The position numbers and the translations under genes are program-made. A stretch of DNA of 63,647 nucleotides, counting the filler, from Octopus bimaculoides (Eukaryota), in assembly GCF_001194135.2 (NCBI RefSeq). It is 6 parts of 6 records of this genome, joined end to end, with 100 filler letters (N's around TTAATTAATTAA, not from the genome) between each part and the next. Parts side by side here need not be neighbours in the genome. Positions count along the whole stretch, not along the records: positions 5,894 to 15,183 come from NC_068998.1; positions 15,284 to 32,756 come from NC_068994.1; 4 more parts are not named here. The stretch is one strand, 5' to 3'. The notes beneath the pieces are model-generated. The model saw only the letters and a program-made list of their open reading frames with translations, had not been told where the DNA came from and ran no database searches. Within the stretch, counting starts at the first letter, position 1; every line of letters starts with the position of its first letter. Shown here one piece after another: positions 11,116-23,400 of this stretch.

Positions 11116-12719
11116 CAACTGAAAGCCCCCTATCCAAAATCCGAAAACCTCCAAAATCCGGAAGTTTTTTGAATGCCAACATGACTCGCCACAAATAGAT
11201 AACTCCACAAAGTGCTTGGAAGGTTCCACCAAGAACAGACACCATATGCCGTTATGACCCGTAACCTCACCTACCCTGGATGGGGTTTGGCAGCATCTTA
11301 TTGTCAGCAGTTGTCACGGTGACCTTTTCACTCGTTACTCATTGTGGTTACCGCCTGTTTTCTGCTCTGTGATGTGAAGATACTGTTAAAGATGTCGAAA
11401 AGATCTGGAGATACCCCAATGAGTAATAACGAAAAGAATAATAAGAAAACAAACGAGGTAGCTAGATAGAAAATCTGTATAAGAGATGAAGGATAACTAT
11501 ACCGAGGAGCAGTGTTTATCGTCACTTCAACATGGCTGCTCCGTAGAAGCTGACGTTACTAAAATTTTAACCCTAGGAGGACGTCTCTTCTAGTTGGTTA
11601 TCGATACAATCTGCAGCCGATATATATTGCATTACTTCTCAATGGTAGAAAACATTTATGTTTATAACGTAGAACATTAAATTGCTTGAAAATCTTGAGA
11701 GAAGTGTAAGTGTGACGTATCCGGCTGAGGAGTTTGGTGTTAGAAGAACGACTATCAACGACTTGAGGAAACAACGATAGAAGCTGTTAAAATTCCATAT
11801 GGAAAGTGATGAACAAAAGTTAAAGAAAACTAGAAAAACATTACATGGAGCGTAAAATGAAAAATGAAAATTTCAATGGGAAGGATTCGTCAGCGTCGGA
11901 GTGAACGCATGCGGCTTAATGGAATGGTGATTATGAAACAGGCAAAAATCTATCATGACGAACTGTTTATTGGCGCCAGCAGTCAATATTCAGCAGGCTG
12001 ATTACAGAAATTTAAGAAAGGACACGGTATTTAAATATTTAAAGATTTGTGGTGATGATGTGTCTGCTGGACACGAAGCTATGGAGAAATTCATTGATGA
12101 ATTTGCCAAGATCGTCGCTGGTGTGAAAATTTGATATTACAAGTCTATAATGCTGACAGACATTGTGAACACAGTGGAAAAGGTGTCCGTAGATAACACG
12201 GTGGAGATGTGCGTTGGACTTATTGAAGGACGAGAGCAGCACAAGTGAACATGGCGGCTTATAAATTCAAAGAGAGGCTGCTATGACGAAAGCCCTTGTT
12301 AATGAGGCAGACGTCATTGCAATAACACTAGCGTTATTGTTGCATTGCAAATATGATAATGTTGACCTTTTCAATTTTCATTACATTTACCTGTAATCAA
12401 ATTGTATGTTTTGTTTTTATAAAAAAACTTTATGCATTGTAACCTTTTAATTATAACACGATTTCGTAGGTGGATGGAGATAACGTACTGCACTTTCGAA
12501 ATCACAATGATGTCATTGATGACGTACCCATCGCTCCCTCAAAACTGATATAAATCCACATTTATATAAAACTAAATTAAGGGTATTTCTATAAGCTATA
12601 TTATAAAATGTAAACAGATACTTGGGATCTACTAGCTGTTCAATTTTATTAATACAAATATAAAGGTACTCTGAAATCCGAGAAAAAAACGGGAGTTTCG
12701 GATGAGAGATTCTCAGCTG
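11116..12719 (+). mobile_element. pogo/Tigger (Tigger4-like) DNA transposon, internally deleted
   Basis: Termini TA|CAACTGAAAGCCCCCTATCCAAAA and TTTCGGATGAGAGATTCTCAGCTG|TA match at 16 of 24 positions, and all differences are transitions. Transposase remnants read EEFGVRRTTINDLRKQ, ESDEQKL, WIRQRRSE..LNGMVIMKQAKIYHDEL, LQKFKKGHGI, EKFIDEFAK and QVYNAD. Confidence 0.88.
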
Positions 12720-13768
12720 TATGTATTTTATCAAAAGCGACATCAACTTATCGAGATCTAAAATCAGAAAGTACAATTTAAAAAGCGGTAATTCAATACC
12801 AGAAGATATTCAGTCAATTCGCCGCCAGGTTTAATTGTTTTGATTTTTATATGTTTGGTTTTACATTTTTATTTTATTTTCCCTCCATTTTAAAAGCCCA
12901 TTCCATCAGTTTACCATTACTAGGTGTTATAGACTCATAAATCTGCTCTTCAACACTTGGATTACTCAAGCCGGAAGTGGCCTAATTCTTCATAATTCTT
13001 CAATCTTGATTGCTTGCACACACATGCATACGCACATACACACACATACGCACATGCACTTATATATATATATATATNNNNNNNNNNNNNNNNNNNNNNN
13101 NNNNNNNNNNNNNNNNNNNNNNNNNNNNNNNNNNNNTATATATACATACATACATACATACATATGAAATACTTGGGAACCGAAATGTTTCGGATTTAGG
13201 AATGATTCCTTTATTTGTATCGATAAAATGAGACAGCTAAGTCACAAAACTATTATCTAAAAGTTTCTCATAATTCATCTTAAAAAATAAACCATGAACG
13301 TTGTCTTATATAAATTAGACGCTATTCCAATTCACACAACATGCAACGGTTTCACTCCGGGAACATTTCGTTTTTCACGCAAAACAAATCCACAACATTC
13401 ATTCTAGATTGTCAACCACATAAAAACACTAACGTATTTTAGCTTTTTACATTATGGTTTATTTTTTAAATTTTATTCTCATTATGTGGTCTACAACAGC
13501 CACTCAAAAACAATAAACAAAGAAAAAATTCCGAATATTGTCTGGAATTACCCATTTGTTCCGCCCTTGTAACTGGAAAAGATTTTAGATTTCGTGGGAT
13601 TTCGGTTACAGTGAATTCAGATAAAGGAGTATTAAACACTGTGAACGTTTAAAATGGTGAATAAAGACAAATAAAAAAATCGAAACTTCGCACAAACACA
13701 CACACATACATATTACACCGGTGATATACAGTGATACACATAATACACACGCTATATACACACATACA

Positions 13769-13804
<36 letters not shown>

Positions 13805-14164
13805 TATATTCTTTCCTTCCCTGAGCGTCTTTTGAAACTTTGCATGTACCACGTCCTCGCGTTATTGTTTTTTCGTGTGTTTTTCCTTCATTTATTCTTT
13901 TTAATTAATTACATGTATATATATATATAAGAGTGATTGAAATATAATCGCTTGAACGTACACCCACAGATATCTGAAATGATTAAATGATTGTTAATTA
14001 GAAATAAATGGAAGTAAAAAAAGAGGAGGCAATATTTCCATCAGTCGCGTATGTATATATGTATATACGTATATATATATATGTGTGTGTTTGTGTACTT
14101 ACATGTATATTTATGCATATACATATATATATATATATATACACACACACATACATGCACACAC

Positions 14165-14230
<66 letters not shown>

Positions 14231-14466
14231 GTAGAGAGATAGATAAAAAGTGGCAATGACTTCGAAGTTTGTGTCATTTGTACGTATATATTGGTGTGTG
14301 GCCATACTGGGATGGAATCGATCCCAGTGCTTGTGCTTGACTCTCGTACATACTCCGTCACGTCTTTCTGGTGATCTGCTAAGTTGCAGGAACGCAAACA
14401 TACTGTGTGACACGTCCGTGTGTGAATTTGATTATGTGAAAGTATGGTCAATATGGCTTTATCAAA

Positions 14467-14670
14467 GTGGCGAGCTGGCAGAATCGTTAGCACGCCGGAC
14501 AAAATGACTTTACTACATTCTGAGTTCAAATTCCGCCGAGGTCGACTTTGCCTTTCATCCTTTCAGAGTCGATAAATTAAGTACCAGTTGCGTACTGAGG
14601 TCGATCTAATCGACTGGCCCCACCTCCCACCAAATTTCGGGCCTTGAGTAGAAAAGAAAAGAAAAGAATA
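14467..14670 (+). mobile_element. SINE family B
   Basis: GGCGAGCTGGCAGAATCGTTAGCAC..GAGTTCAAATTCCGCCGAGGTCGAC with an (AAAAG)n tail. Multiple homologues occur in the window. Confidence 0.85.
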
Positions 14671-14789
14671 TGACTTTATAAAACCGAAATGTATGATATG
14701 AGGTAAGAGAGTGGAGTGACGATGGCAGGGAGATGATGATGATCGTGGTGATTATGGTTGTGGCTGTGGCTGTAGTACTGTGGTGGTAG

Positions 14790-14947
14790 AGGTGCTATTA
14801 GTAGTGGTGGCGGACGTGGTAGTAGCGCTGGTAATATTAGTGGATGTTGTAATAGTATAGGCAGTGGTGGTGGTGGTGGTCGTCGTCGTCGTGGTAGTGA
14901 TAGCAATAATATCAGAGGAGGCAGCGGCAGCAGCAGCAGTAGGAATG

Positions 14948-15038
<91 letters not shown>

Positions 15039-15134
15039 CTAGTAGCAGTAGTAGTAGTAGTAGTAGTTGTGATGTAGATGGTGATTATTGTAATAGTGGT
15101 GGTGGTAGTAGTGGTGGTAGTAATAGTGGTGATG

Positions 15135-15180
<46 letters not shown>

Positions 15181-15183
15181 GTG
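14790..15183. repeat. (GTA)n/(GTG)n/(GCA)n trinucleotide microsatellite complex
   Basis: Directly visible. It generates the poly-V/poly-S ORF 14864..15235. Confidence 0.95.
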
Positions 15184-15910
15184 NNNNNNNNNNNNNNNNN
15201 NNNNNNNNNNNNNNNNNNNNNNNNNNNTTAATTAATTAANNNNNNNNNNNNNNNNNNNNNNNNNNNNNNNNNNNNNNNNNNNNTGGACAACCAGCGAGAG
15301 TTTACTTCGATGAGATGTATAACGTATTTTCTATTGGAATTACGACTGTTAATGAAGACCTCTTTCGGAATTTCAACACCTTCGAAAGATTGGCGCAGTT
15401 GTTTAAACAACGTAACGCTTCAGTTGGTAAGTTAATTATCATAACATTTTCATGCTAATTCCGATCTGCTAAAATACCTTATATTATGCATACTCAACAA
15501 AGAAACCTCTAATTGGTTACTCGATTTGTATGAAGCAGCAAGCACATTTTATTCAAATCACATTCTGTTACGTTAAGAAAAGACGGAATCATTGCATAAG
15601 GATGTACTAGCTATAAAAAAAATTTCGAGATAAACTATTTTCAAATACCTTTCAGTCATAGATCTGATTGATTATATCTAACATAAGACCAACAACAAAC
15701 GCTAGAAACAAGAATAACGATGACTACGCCATCTAAATGCTCTGACACGAAATATTTAGATTATAAGAGCAACATTCACAATATTAGGTTGGGGAGATCA
15801 ATTCTTTGTATTACTATATAGATAGAGCACAACAACAACAGTAACAACAACAGTAACAACAACAGCAACAACAACAACAGCAACAACAACAACAACATTA
15901 ATAATAATAA

Positions 15911-16372
15911 TTTGCAACAAGCATGAATTTGACAGAGCAAAAAATTGGTACGACCACAAACCTGAAGACATTGTTGAAAATAGAAATGCAAAGATCATAT
16001 GGGATTTTATGATTCAGTGCGACACTGAGATTGAGAATAGGAAGCTGGACATAGTCTTAATTGAGAAAGAAAACAAACTATGCTGGATCATAGATATAAC
16101 ATGCCCAGCTGAAACAAGGTATGCGATAAGGAAGAAAGAAAAGTCGAGAGATATGACAGGTTAGCTTGGGAAGTTAAGCAGTTGTGGTCGATGAAAAAGG
16201 TAGCAGTAATACCAATAATTGTCGGAGCTTTGGGAACAGTGAGCAAAAATCTCGAGAAGTATGTGGAACAAATAGAGGCTGCAATAAGAGTGGAGCACTT
16301 GAAGAAAACAGCACTGCTTGGAACCCCTCGAATACTCCGGAAGGTGCTCGAAAAATAGAGGTGTTACCTTAG
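15911..16372 (+). mobile_element. R4/Dong-type non-LTR element, 5'-truncated RLE endonuclease region
   Basis: Reads WYDHKPE..KIIWDFMIQCD..RKLDIVLIEK..IIDITCP and, after a frameshift, VIPIIVGALGTV..TALLGTPRILRKVL. It begins directly after (TAA)4. Confidence 0.88.
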
Positions 16373-16374
16373 TT

Positions 16375-16618
16375 CAGCAAATATTCTGCTCAATACCACA
16401 GATTTGCTTGTCAGTTGTTTGATCTTAACCAGTTGGTTGAGCATGTCCCTTAGTGGCTGACAATATGTGCATCACTGATCATAAGGAGAAGTAGTGGGGG
16501 AGCATCATAGCTATGTGTTGAGAGGAATTCTTTGGGGTTTGAATGATTCACCTCTGGAAGCATGGGTATTTTGTTCATCATCCTCAAACAAACCTTAATC
16601 GAGGTCTTTTGAGCGTTG
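16375..16618 (+). mobile_element. Non-coding repeat family D, internal fragment
   Basis: Homologous to ~29725-29960 and to the reverse complement of ~48460-48696. It is followed by (TAA)n at 16620-16737. Confidence 0.8.
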
Positions 16619-16623
16619 GAATA

Positions 16624-16699
<76 letters not shown>

Positions 16700-16701
16700 T
16701 G

Positions 16702-16736
<35 letters not shown>

Positions 16737-16779
16737 TTCTTTATTGGAGACAAGGAGCTGAAAGATAAATAAATGGCAA

Positions 16780-18095
16780 AATTACAAAATATAGTGGTAA
16801 GGGCGCTGCATCGGTCGTGTAAAAAAGGCGTAACAAAAACAAAGGTGGCATCAAAATTTCAGCAAGTGTTCTTGGAGACCATCTGTTCTTTAATACCAAT
16901 GAACAACTGGGACAGCATCTTAGACGTACAATGGGACTGTGTGGGACCAGTTGATAGAAGTATAAAAACCTTATAAACCTGATTAAATGTTTGCAAGTGT
17001 CTGACAGGTGCCCAGTGAATTTCCCGAATGTGCCAATGTAGATGTAGAATAACTGTATTGTATCGTCCAAATCGTATGTAAATAGGATAGGAGACAAGAT
17101 AATGTCAGATGTCCACAATTTCAACCGATCGCCTACGCAGATCACAAATTTATGATTTGCATGTCAATCTAGATAGACACTGGAAACTGAACACATCGTT
17201 TCCGGTGTATAAAGCCTATAGACACTGCATTAGAATTCTAGTTAATCGGTAGCAGACTGGTGAGATCGTGAACATTCGTTAGTGGGACACTCCGAAGAGC
17301 GTCACAAGATAGAATGGTTAGACTGTAGTAAAGAAATAGGCGGGGTTAGTGAATAAATTAGAAAAAGTGATTAGGAAATGCACCGCAACCGACGTGTTGG
17401 CGGTGATATTGGCCTTCGACCGTTTCTTCAAAGTAGAACACGAAGGTCTCGTTGTCAGAGCTAAGGTACATGTTCTAAGACTGGAAGGAACAAAAACTGT
17501 CTGATAGGCTCGAGGTGGCAGAAACACGTGGTAACAAAAGAAACTACATTTCAGTTTTTCGCGGACCAGAACGGACGCCTGCCGCTTGATTTCAAAGTAT
17601 AAAGTTTTTCAGCGACGCTTTGCTCAACTATTCGAGGTAACAGAATGGAGACGGTGATGGACTTTAATGCCTACCGCAAATCTCAACGGAAAATGCAGCC
17701 CATTTCGAAAAGTCAGTAACATTAGCCGAGATATGAAATGTGATAATAGTTTTATGAAGCGGGGATTGCATAGTTTCAATGTCGACCGACAAGCTTTGCT
17801 CTTGGCAGCAGAGCGGATGTATTACAGCCCTGTATCCCGAGGAATGGTGACACTGCTGAGGAATGGGGGAATATAATAAGTTCTGGCGCATAACTCTTTT
17901 GGCCAAGGTGTCAGCAAAGCGCTTTGCGTTTTTCATCGATTCTTTAGAGAGGTTTTGGTGACGCTGTGATCAACTTGGATCAGAGCCCACCTTCATTATA
18001 AGATGGATTTCTTCAAAGTATCAGGCTTTGACTCCGTCTTTAGAGGCTGAATCTCTTCTACGCTTAGCGGTATATGGTCAGATAAAACAACCAGA
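16780..18095 (+). mobile_element. Tx1/L1-clade ORF2 remnant (APE C-terminus to RT domain 3), copy 1
   Basis: Frameshifted NWDSILD, YADHKF, HWKLNTS, RGMVTLLR, AKVSAKRFA, VINLDQS and GFDSVFRG. Confidence 0.7.
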
Positions 18096-18119
18096 TAGTC
18101 ATAGTCATTATGGATTTCT

Positions 18120-19090
18120 CTTCAATGACAGCTAATACAATGTCAGCACTTCTGTAGTGATAGTTTATCTCGAACCGTCAATGAACCCCTGTAGTATTAC
18201 CAGGCCAGGAATATCTGGAAATTATACAGTAGCCCGGCTCAAACGTCCTCCAGAACAGATAAACCTGTTGATTTTTGTCGACACCAAGAGACTCCTCGAG
18301 AACATCGTCGCTCTTGACTGTCACTAACACTCTATAGAACGCTAACATGGATCTTCTACCGATTGCATTGTCCAACTGGTAGAAGGCTGTGAGCCAATTC
18401 TCCACTCACTGGTTACTGACGACAAATGTAGCACCTGACTAGTAGGACATAGAGAGCGGAAGTGAAGGCACTCCATTCCGGAGAGATGGAGGTCAGGCGG
18501 TAATATATGACAAAAGCGGTGTAAACCTTCACCGCCTCTGCCCGTCCTTTCAAGAATAGCTTTCTCTTAGCCCATTTCTGGGTGAGATTGGCCTCTCTAG
18601 TCATCCTTTCGTCGCAGCTCTTCTCGTAGTAGAAATCTGGACCAAACCAGGTACCCCAACAATTTAATGAATCCGTCCATCCAGTGACCTACGATGCTCT
18701 CTAGGTGCCGAGATGCAGGTCCACAAATATTTTTAGTTGATCTTTATTTCTGCTACCTCGTAGTTACTTAGAGCGATGCCGATCCATACGATGAGCTTGG
18801 TATCCAATATTGTTACGGTGATGTCGTCCGCGTATGCCGAAAGAGATGTTCCACATCCTGGTTCACTTGAGATGCCTCCTCAATATCTCCAGTGCCCGCA
18901 GTAGCGGTTCATGCGTCAGCACACACAGAAGAGATAAGAAGATATAGCTTTTACAGATCAAACGTATGATGCAGAATGGTTCCGATATGTGGCTAATTTC
19001 TCTAACCACCGGGCAGATGTCGCTGAACATTGCAGCGAACTAATTACGGAAGATGTGACCGTCCCCGTGAGGACGGCATCCAAGTATTGG
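18120..19090 (-). mobile_element. Tx1/L1-clade ORF2 remnant (RT domain 3 to C-terminus), copy 2, 3' part
   Basis: Minus strand reads QYLDAVL, HISEPF, EPLLRALE, SAYADDITV, QKWAKRKLFLKGRAE and GSLTVRDKL. Confidence 0.8.
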
Positions 19091-19109
19091 AAATAAGCGG
19101 GAGTTTCCC

Positions 19110-21213
19110 ACATGATGATGGAAACCTCAACTCACGAGCTTGAACGGGGTACTTCAGGGTTTCCCTTAAGGAACCCCACACAGAAAAGGGATTTGGTAAA
19201 CAAGATGCCACGAGAAGAAGAAAATTAAGGCAAGTGACAATCTTTTCTTTTTTCCCTTTCTACTAACATGGCAGATTTAAAAGTAGGTTGTATAAATGCA
19301 CGTAGCGTATGGTTATCCTGGAAGTAGGGGTGCCTGCACAATGACCTCGGGTCACCAGCTAAGGATTTCCGACGTATGTGCTTCGGCATCCACTTATGCT
19401 GACTTTGAGATCCCTGAGCCCAGCTGGAACAGGGTGGGGAGAATGGTGTTGTTGTTTCGGAAAGGATTAAGGATCGAGATACAGCTGATCTTCCCAGATT
19501 TGAGCTCTAAGGTAGAAGTTCTGAATGTGAACAGTAGTAAAGGGGGTGCCTTCAGATTAGTACCTGTTTACACCCGACAGTGGTGGAGCTAGAAGATTTC
19601 TCCAGGCCTCTATTAGTTTTCTTCAGAACATCCCGTTCTTTTTTTCATGGGCGATTGGAACGCCATATTGGATGCATGTTTGGATTTTGTGGGACGAGCT
19701 AATTGGTGAAAGGAGTACAATGACCACGCAAACCTGCTCAAACGTTTCCTAGCATCTGACAGGTACCAGTGTAGACAGGGACAGCATCCGGTTATCCAGC
19801 TTCTATCTAGACAGAGTATTCTGTAGGCTAGCAAATAGGTACAGTACAGGTGGTTTACAGTTCAAAGTGGTGCATCGTACAGACCATAGATTTGTGATTT
19901 GTATAGTCGATCTAGAAAATGAACGTGTCTTTTCCGGCTTGTCAAGTTTACAGAAACGGAGTTAATGATCTAGTTAAGTGGGAGTTGACGGGGCCAATCA
20001 TCAACAATCGATGGAAGCTAGCCCTGAAAAGGCTATTAGATTAGAGCAGACTAGCAGAAATACCCGGCTTTTCCCGGGTTAAAGAGAATAATGAAATCTA
20101 AAAACGCCGTCTAGACTACGCAACCCTCAACTGTTAGTAGCTACGATACCATATTTCTACATTAATAACTCTCCAATCCATGCCAGCATGGAACATAGAC
20201 ATTAAGTGGAATGCCAGTCTCTCATCTAGGAGGGCCTTGAAATCAATGTTACCAACTGGGGACTATGTGTGTCGTAGTGATAATAAAAAGACACAAAGGA
20301 GGTCTGCAACGAAATAATTTTACTCAACACTTTGTAAGTGAATCAGTGGAGGCAAAGATGCGTCTCATTTNNNNNNNNNNNNNNNNNNNNNNNNNNNNNN
20401 NNNNNNNNNNNNNNNNNNNNNNNNNNNNNNNNNNNNNNNNNNNNNNNNNNNNNNNNNNNNNNNNNNNNNNNNNNNNNNNNNNNNNNNNNNNNNNNNNNNN
20501 NNNNNNNNNNNNNNNNNNNNNNNNNNNNNNNNNNNNNNNNNNNNNNNNNNNNNNNNNNNNNNNNNNNNNNNNNNNNNNNNNNNNNNNNNNNNNNNNNNNN
20601 NNNNNNNNNNNNNNNNNNNNNNNNNNNNNNNNNNNNNNNNNNNNNNNNNNNNNNNNNNNNNNNNNNNNNNNNNNNNNNNNNNNNNNNNNNNNNNNNNNNN
20701 NNNNNNNNNNNNNNNNNNNNNNNNNNNNNNNNNNNNNNNNNNNNNNNNNNNNNNNNNNNNNNNNNNNNNNNNNNNNNNNNNNNNNNNNNNNNNNNNNNNN
20801 NNNNNNNNNNNNNNNNNNNNNNNNNNNNNNNNNNNNNNNNNNNNNNNNNNNNNNNNNNNNNNNNNNNNNNNNNNNNNNNNNNNNNNNNNNNNNNNNNNNN
20901 NNNNNNNNNNNNNNNNNNNNNNNNNNNNNNNNNNNNNNNNNNNNNNNNNNNNNNNNNNNNNNNNNNNNNNNNNNNNNNNNNNNNNNNNNNNNNNNNNNNN
21001 NNNNNNNNNNNNNNAAGTATTTGACATGAGTGTTTTTGTTTCACTTTTGACACGTAATACTTAAATAGTGGAGGAGATATTATGTTGCTGTGGGCTCGAA
21101 CTCTGCAAGAAGTTAAAATGTTTTTTGACTAAAACACAACTGGAACCCTAAGTAAGGCATCTGTAAAATTTGAATGAAATTGGTTGCGTAGTTCTCGAGT
21201 TTTAGGGATTCAC

Positions 21214-21244
<31 letters not shown>

Positions 21245-21958
21245 CACATTCTCATTTTTATATATATAGATAAGGTGTAGTATGGAAATAATGACAGAGA
21301 TTTCTGTCCGTTCATGGGTCCGGATTGCAGGGGTGCTATGTGACAACAAAGCCACGATTCGGTCTTTGCCAGATCGGGAATGGTGATACCTGGAACAAGA
21401 TGAGCGCAGCTTTCCAGAAGCACTTAGAGTACCTGCTTGGGGAAGGCGGTGATTGGAGACGAGGATGGACTTTATCACTACCTCGACGACTTGTTGCGGA
21501 TCTCGGGTGTGGATGAGAAGTTTTGCGGAATACGGTTGGAGCTAGTGAAATACGGGAAGTGATGGCTGGCTGCACGAGTGAGAAGTCACTGATGCTGGAT
21601 GGTCTGTCCTGCAAACTTTATTTTCATGTCCCAGACGTGTTCGGGAGCCTCTTAGCACATGTCTACGGCAACTGGAAGCAGAACGAGAGAATCTCCAGTC
21701 CTGTGAAATGAGATGTGGCGGGGCTGCAAAGAAAGGGGACGAACAATGGTGGTGCTTGGGAGATTTTGATAATTTCAGGTTCATAACTCAGCTAAATGCC
21801 AAGTTCAAATTTTTGCCCGAGGTATTATCCATATGGTTAGCACTTATTGTCTATTCTCAGACTAGTGATGCACAGACATGCGCCATCACAACCTCCACTT
21901 TACATCATAGAAAGAATAGATAAATAATCTGGCATGAGTGCGGGCCCTGATCAATTTA
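19110..21958 (+). mobile_element. Tx1/L1-clade remnant (probable ORF1 end, APE, linker, RT domains 0-3), interrupted by a Helitron at 20051-21270
   Basis: Reads MADLKVGCINARS (19268), VVLLFRKGL, MGDWNAILD, LDGLSCKLYFHVPDVFG, DNFRFITQLNA, QTCAI and ALINL (ends ~21958). Confidence 0.8.
20051..21270 (-). mobile_element. Non-autonomous Helitron (spans an N gap)
   Basis: On the minus strand it begins TC(TATATATAT..) and ends CTAG. It has a 3' hairpin ACCCGG/CCGGGT (20062-20079) and an internal (GACA)n tract. It is inserted between A and T with no TSD. Confidence 0.85.
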
Positions 21959-22057
21959 GTAGAAAGGATTATCATTGAGTTACTTCCTCCCTTAAAATTG
22001 CTGGCCTTGTACCAAAATTTGAAGCCATTATTATTGTTGTTGTTGTTTACTTGGCAG

Positions 22058-22225
22058 ATATATCAGTTTACAACAACGACGAAAACAAAGAATATATGTG
22101 TGCAACAACACAACCCGAAACCAACGATGTTAAGTGTGCCGATGAAGTTGTAGGCCACAAGTTGATGATATCAGCTAACAATGCATATTTCACGTTGATT
22201 GTTTACGGTATGCGCTCTTTCTATG
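22058..22225 (+). CDS. Candidate internal coding exon (phase 1-1, 56 codons) of a host extracellular or receptor protein; possibly the C-terminal half of a fucolectin/FTP-like module
   Basis: Acceptor ttgtttacttggcAG and donor TATG|GTAAGT flank an open frame (D)ISVYNNDENKEYMCATTQPETNDVKCADEVVGHKLMISANNAYFTLIVYGMRSFY(G). No transposon motifs are present. The domain call is inference. Confidence 0.6.
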
Positions 22226-22596
22226 GTAAGTAAACCAATTCGTTTTCGCTAACGATTTGTATGAATATTTCAGTAATTTGACTACTTTACAACATTACAC
22301 TCTCCAAAATCTTATGACAAAGCTTGACTAAAATTGGGAGCCAAAATTTCTTTAAATCGTACCATATCGTATTAAATGGGAAAAAGGATATATTAGATAA
22401 AGAAACCCAAAAGAGATACTCAAATTGAAAAATACCCCTATTTTAAATTTTAAAAAGGGGAAATTTTATATTCGATCAAATACTCCTTTTTGATAAATAC
22501 CTCTATAATCAGATAGGGGTATTTGATAATATTATCAAAGTTCAGCTCGATCAGTGACTGATCTAGGGTTGAACAACAAGACGGGGACATTGGACT

Positions 22597-23400
22597 ATAT
22601 TTTCATGAGTCATTGGACTGCAACCATGGTAGAACGCTGCTTTGAAGGGCTTTAGTCGAACAATTCGACCACTGTACTTATTTTAAAGTCTGGTATTTAT
22701 TTATTATTATTGTTATTCTTACTCTAGGCTCAAGGCCGGAAATTTTTGGGGAGGAGGTCAGTCAATTAGATCGACCCAATACGAAACTGGTAATTAATTA
22801 ATCGACCCCGAAAGGGTGAAAGGCAAAGTCGACCTCGGCGGAATTTGAACTCAGAACGTAAAGGCAGACGAAATACCTATTTCTTTATTGCCCACAAGGG
22901 GCTAAACATAGAGGAGGCAAACAAGGACAAACAAAGGGATTAAGTCGATTACATCGACCCCAGTGCGTAACTGGTACTTAATTTATCGACCCCGAAAGGA
23001 TGAAAGGCAAAGTCGACCTCGGCGGAATTTGAACTCAGAACATAACGGCAGACGAAATACCTCTAAGCATTTCGCCCGGCGTGCTAACGTTTCTGCCAGC
23101 TCGCCGCCTTTGAGTCTGGTATTTATGCTATAGATCTCCATTACTGAACTACTAAGTTACGGGAACATAAAGAAACCAACACAGGTTGTTCAGAGGTGGT
23201 GTGGGACAAAGACCCACCCACACACAAACACACATATATACGACATGCTTTCACAGTTTCCGTCTATCGAAGTCACTCAGAAGGCGCTGGTCAGGTGGTG
23301 GTAGTGGTGGGGAGCTATAGTAGAAGACATTTGCCTAAGGTGCCGCACAGTTACACTGAACTCGAAACCACGAGGTTACAAAGCGAGCTTCTAAACCACA
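22597..23400 (-). mobile_element. SINE family A copy split by a nested family B insertion
   Basis: The head (reverse complement TGTGGTTTAGAAG..GTTTCGAGTTCAGTG) lies at 23113-23400 and the tail at 22597-22700. Confidence 0.8.
22701..23112 (-). mobile_element. Dimeric SINE family B with 14 bp TSD
   Basis: Two tandem B bodies are flanked by AGTCTGGTATTTAT at 22687-22700 and 23113-23126. Confidence 0.9.

Noticed and set aside
13165-13197. 33 bp resembling a Tigger subterminal sequence (GAAATACTTGGGAACCGAAATGTTTCGGATTT)
   Set aside because: It is too short and adjacent to a gap, so it cannot be called as an element.
16780-19090. Idea that 16780-18095 (+) and 18120-19090 (-) are one element with a simple inversion
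   Set aside because: Both encode the same RT domain 3 segment (GF..FR.W..SGI/SDI) with different nucleotide sequences, so they are separate copies.
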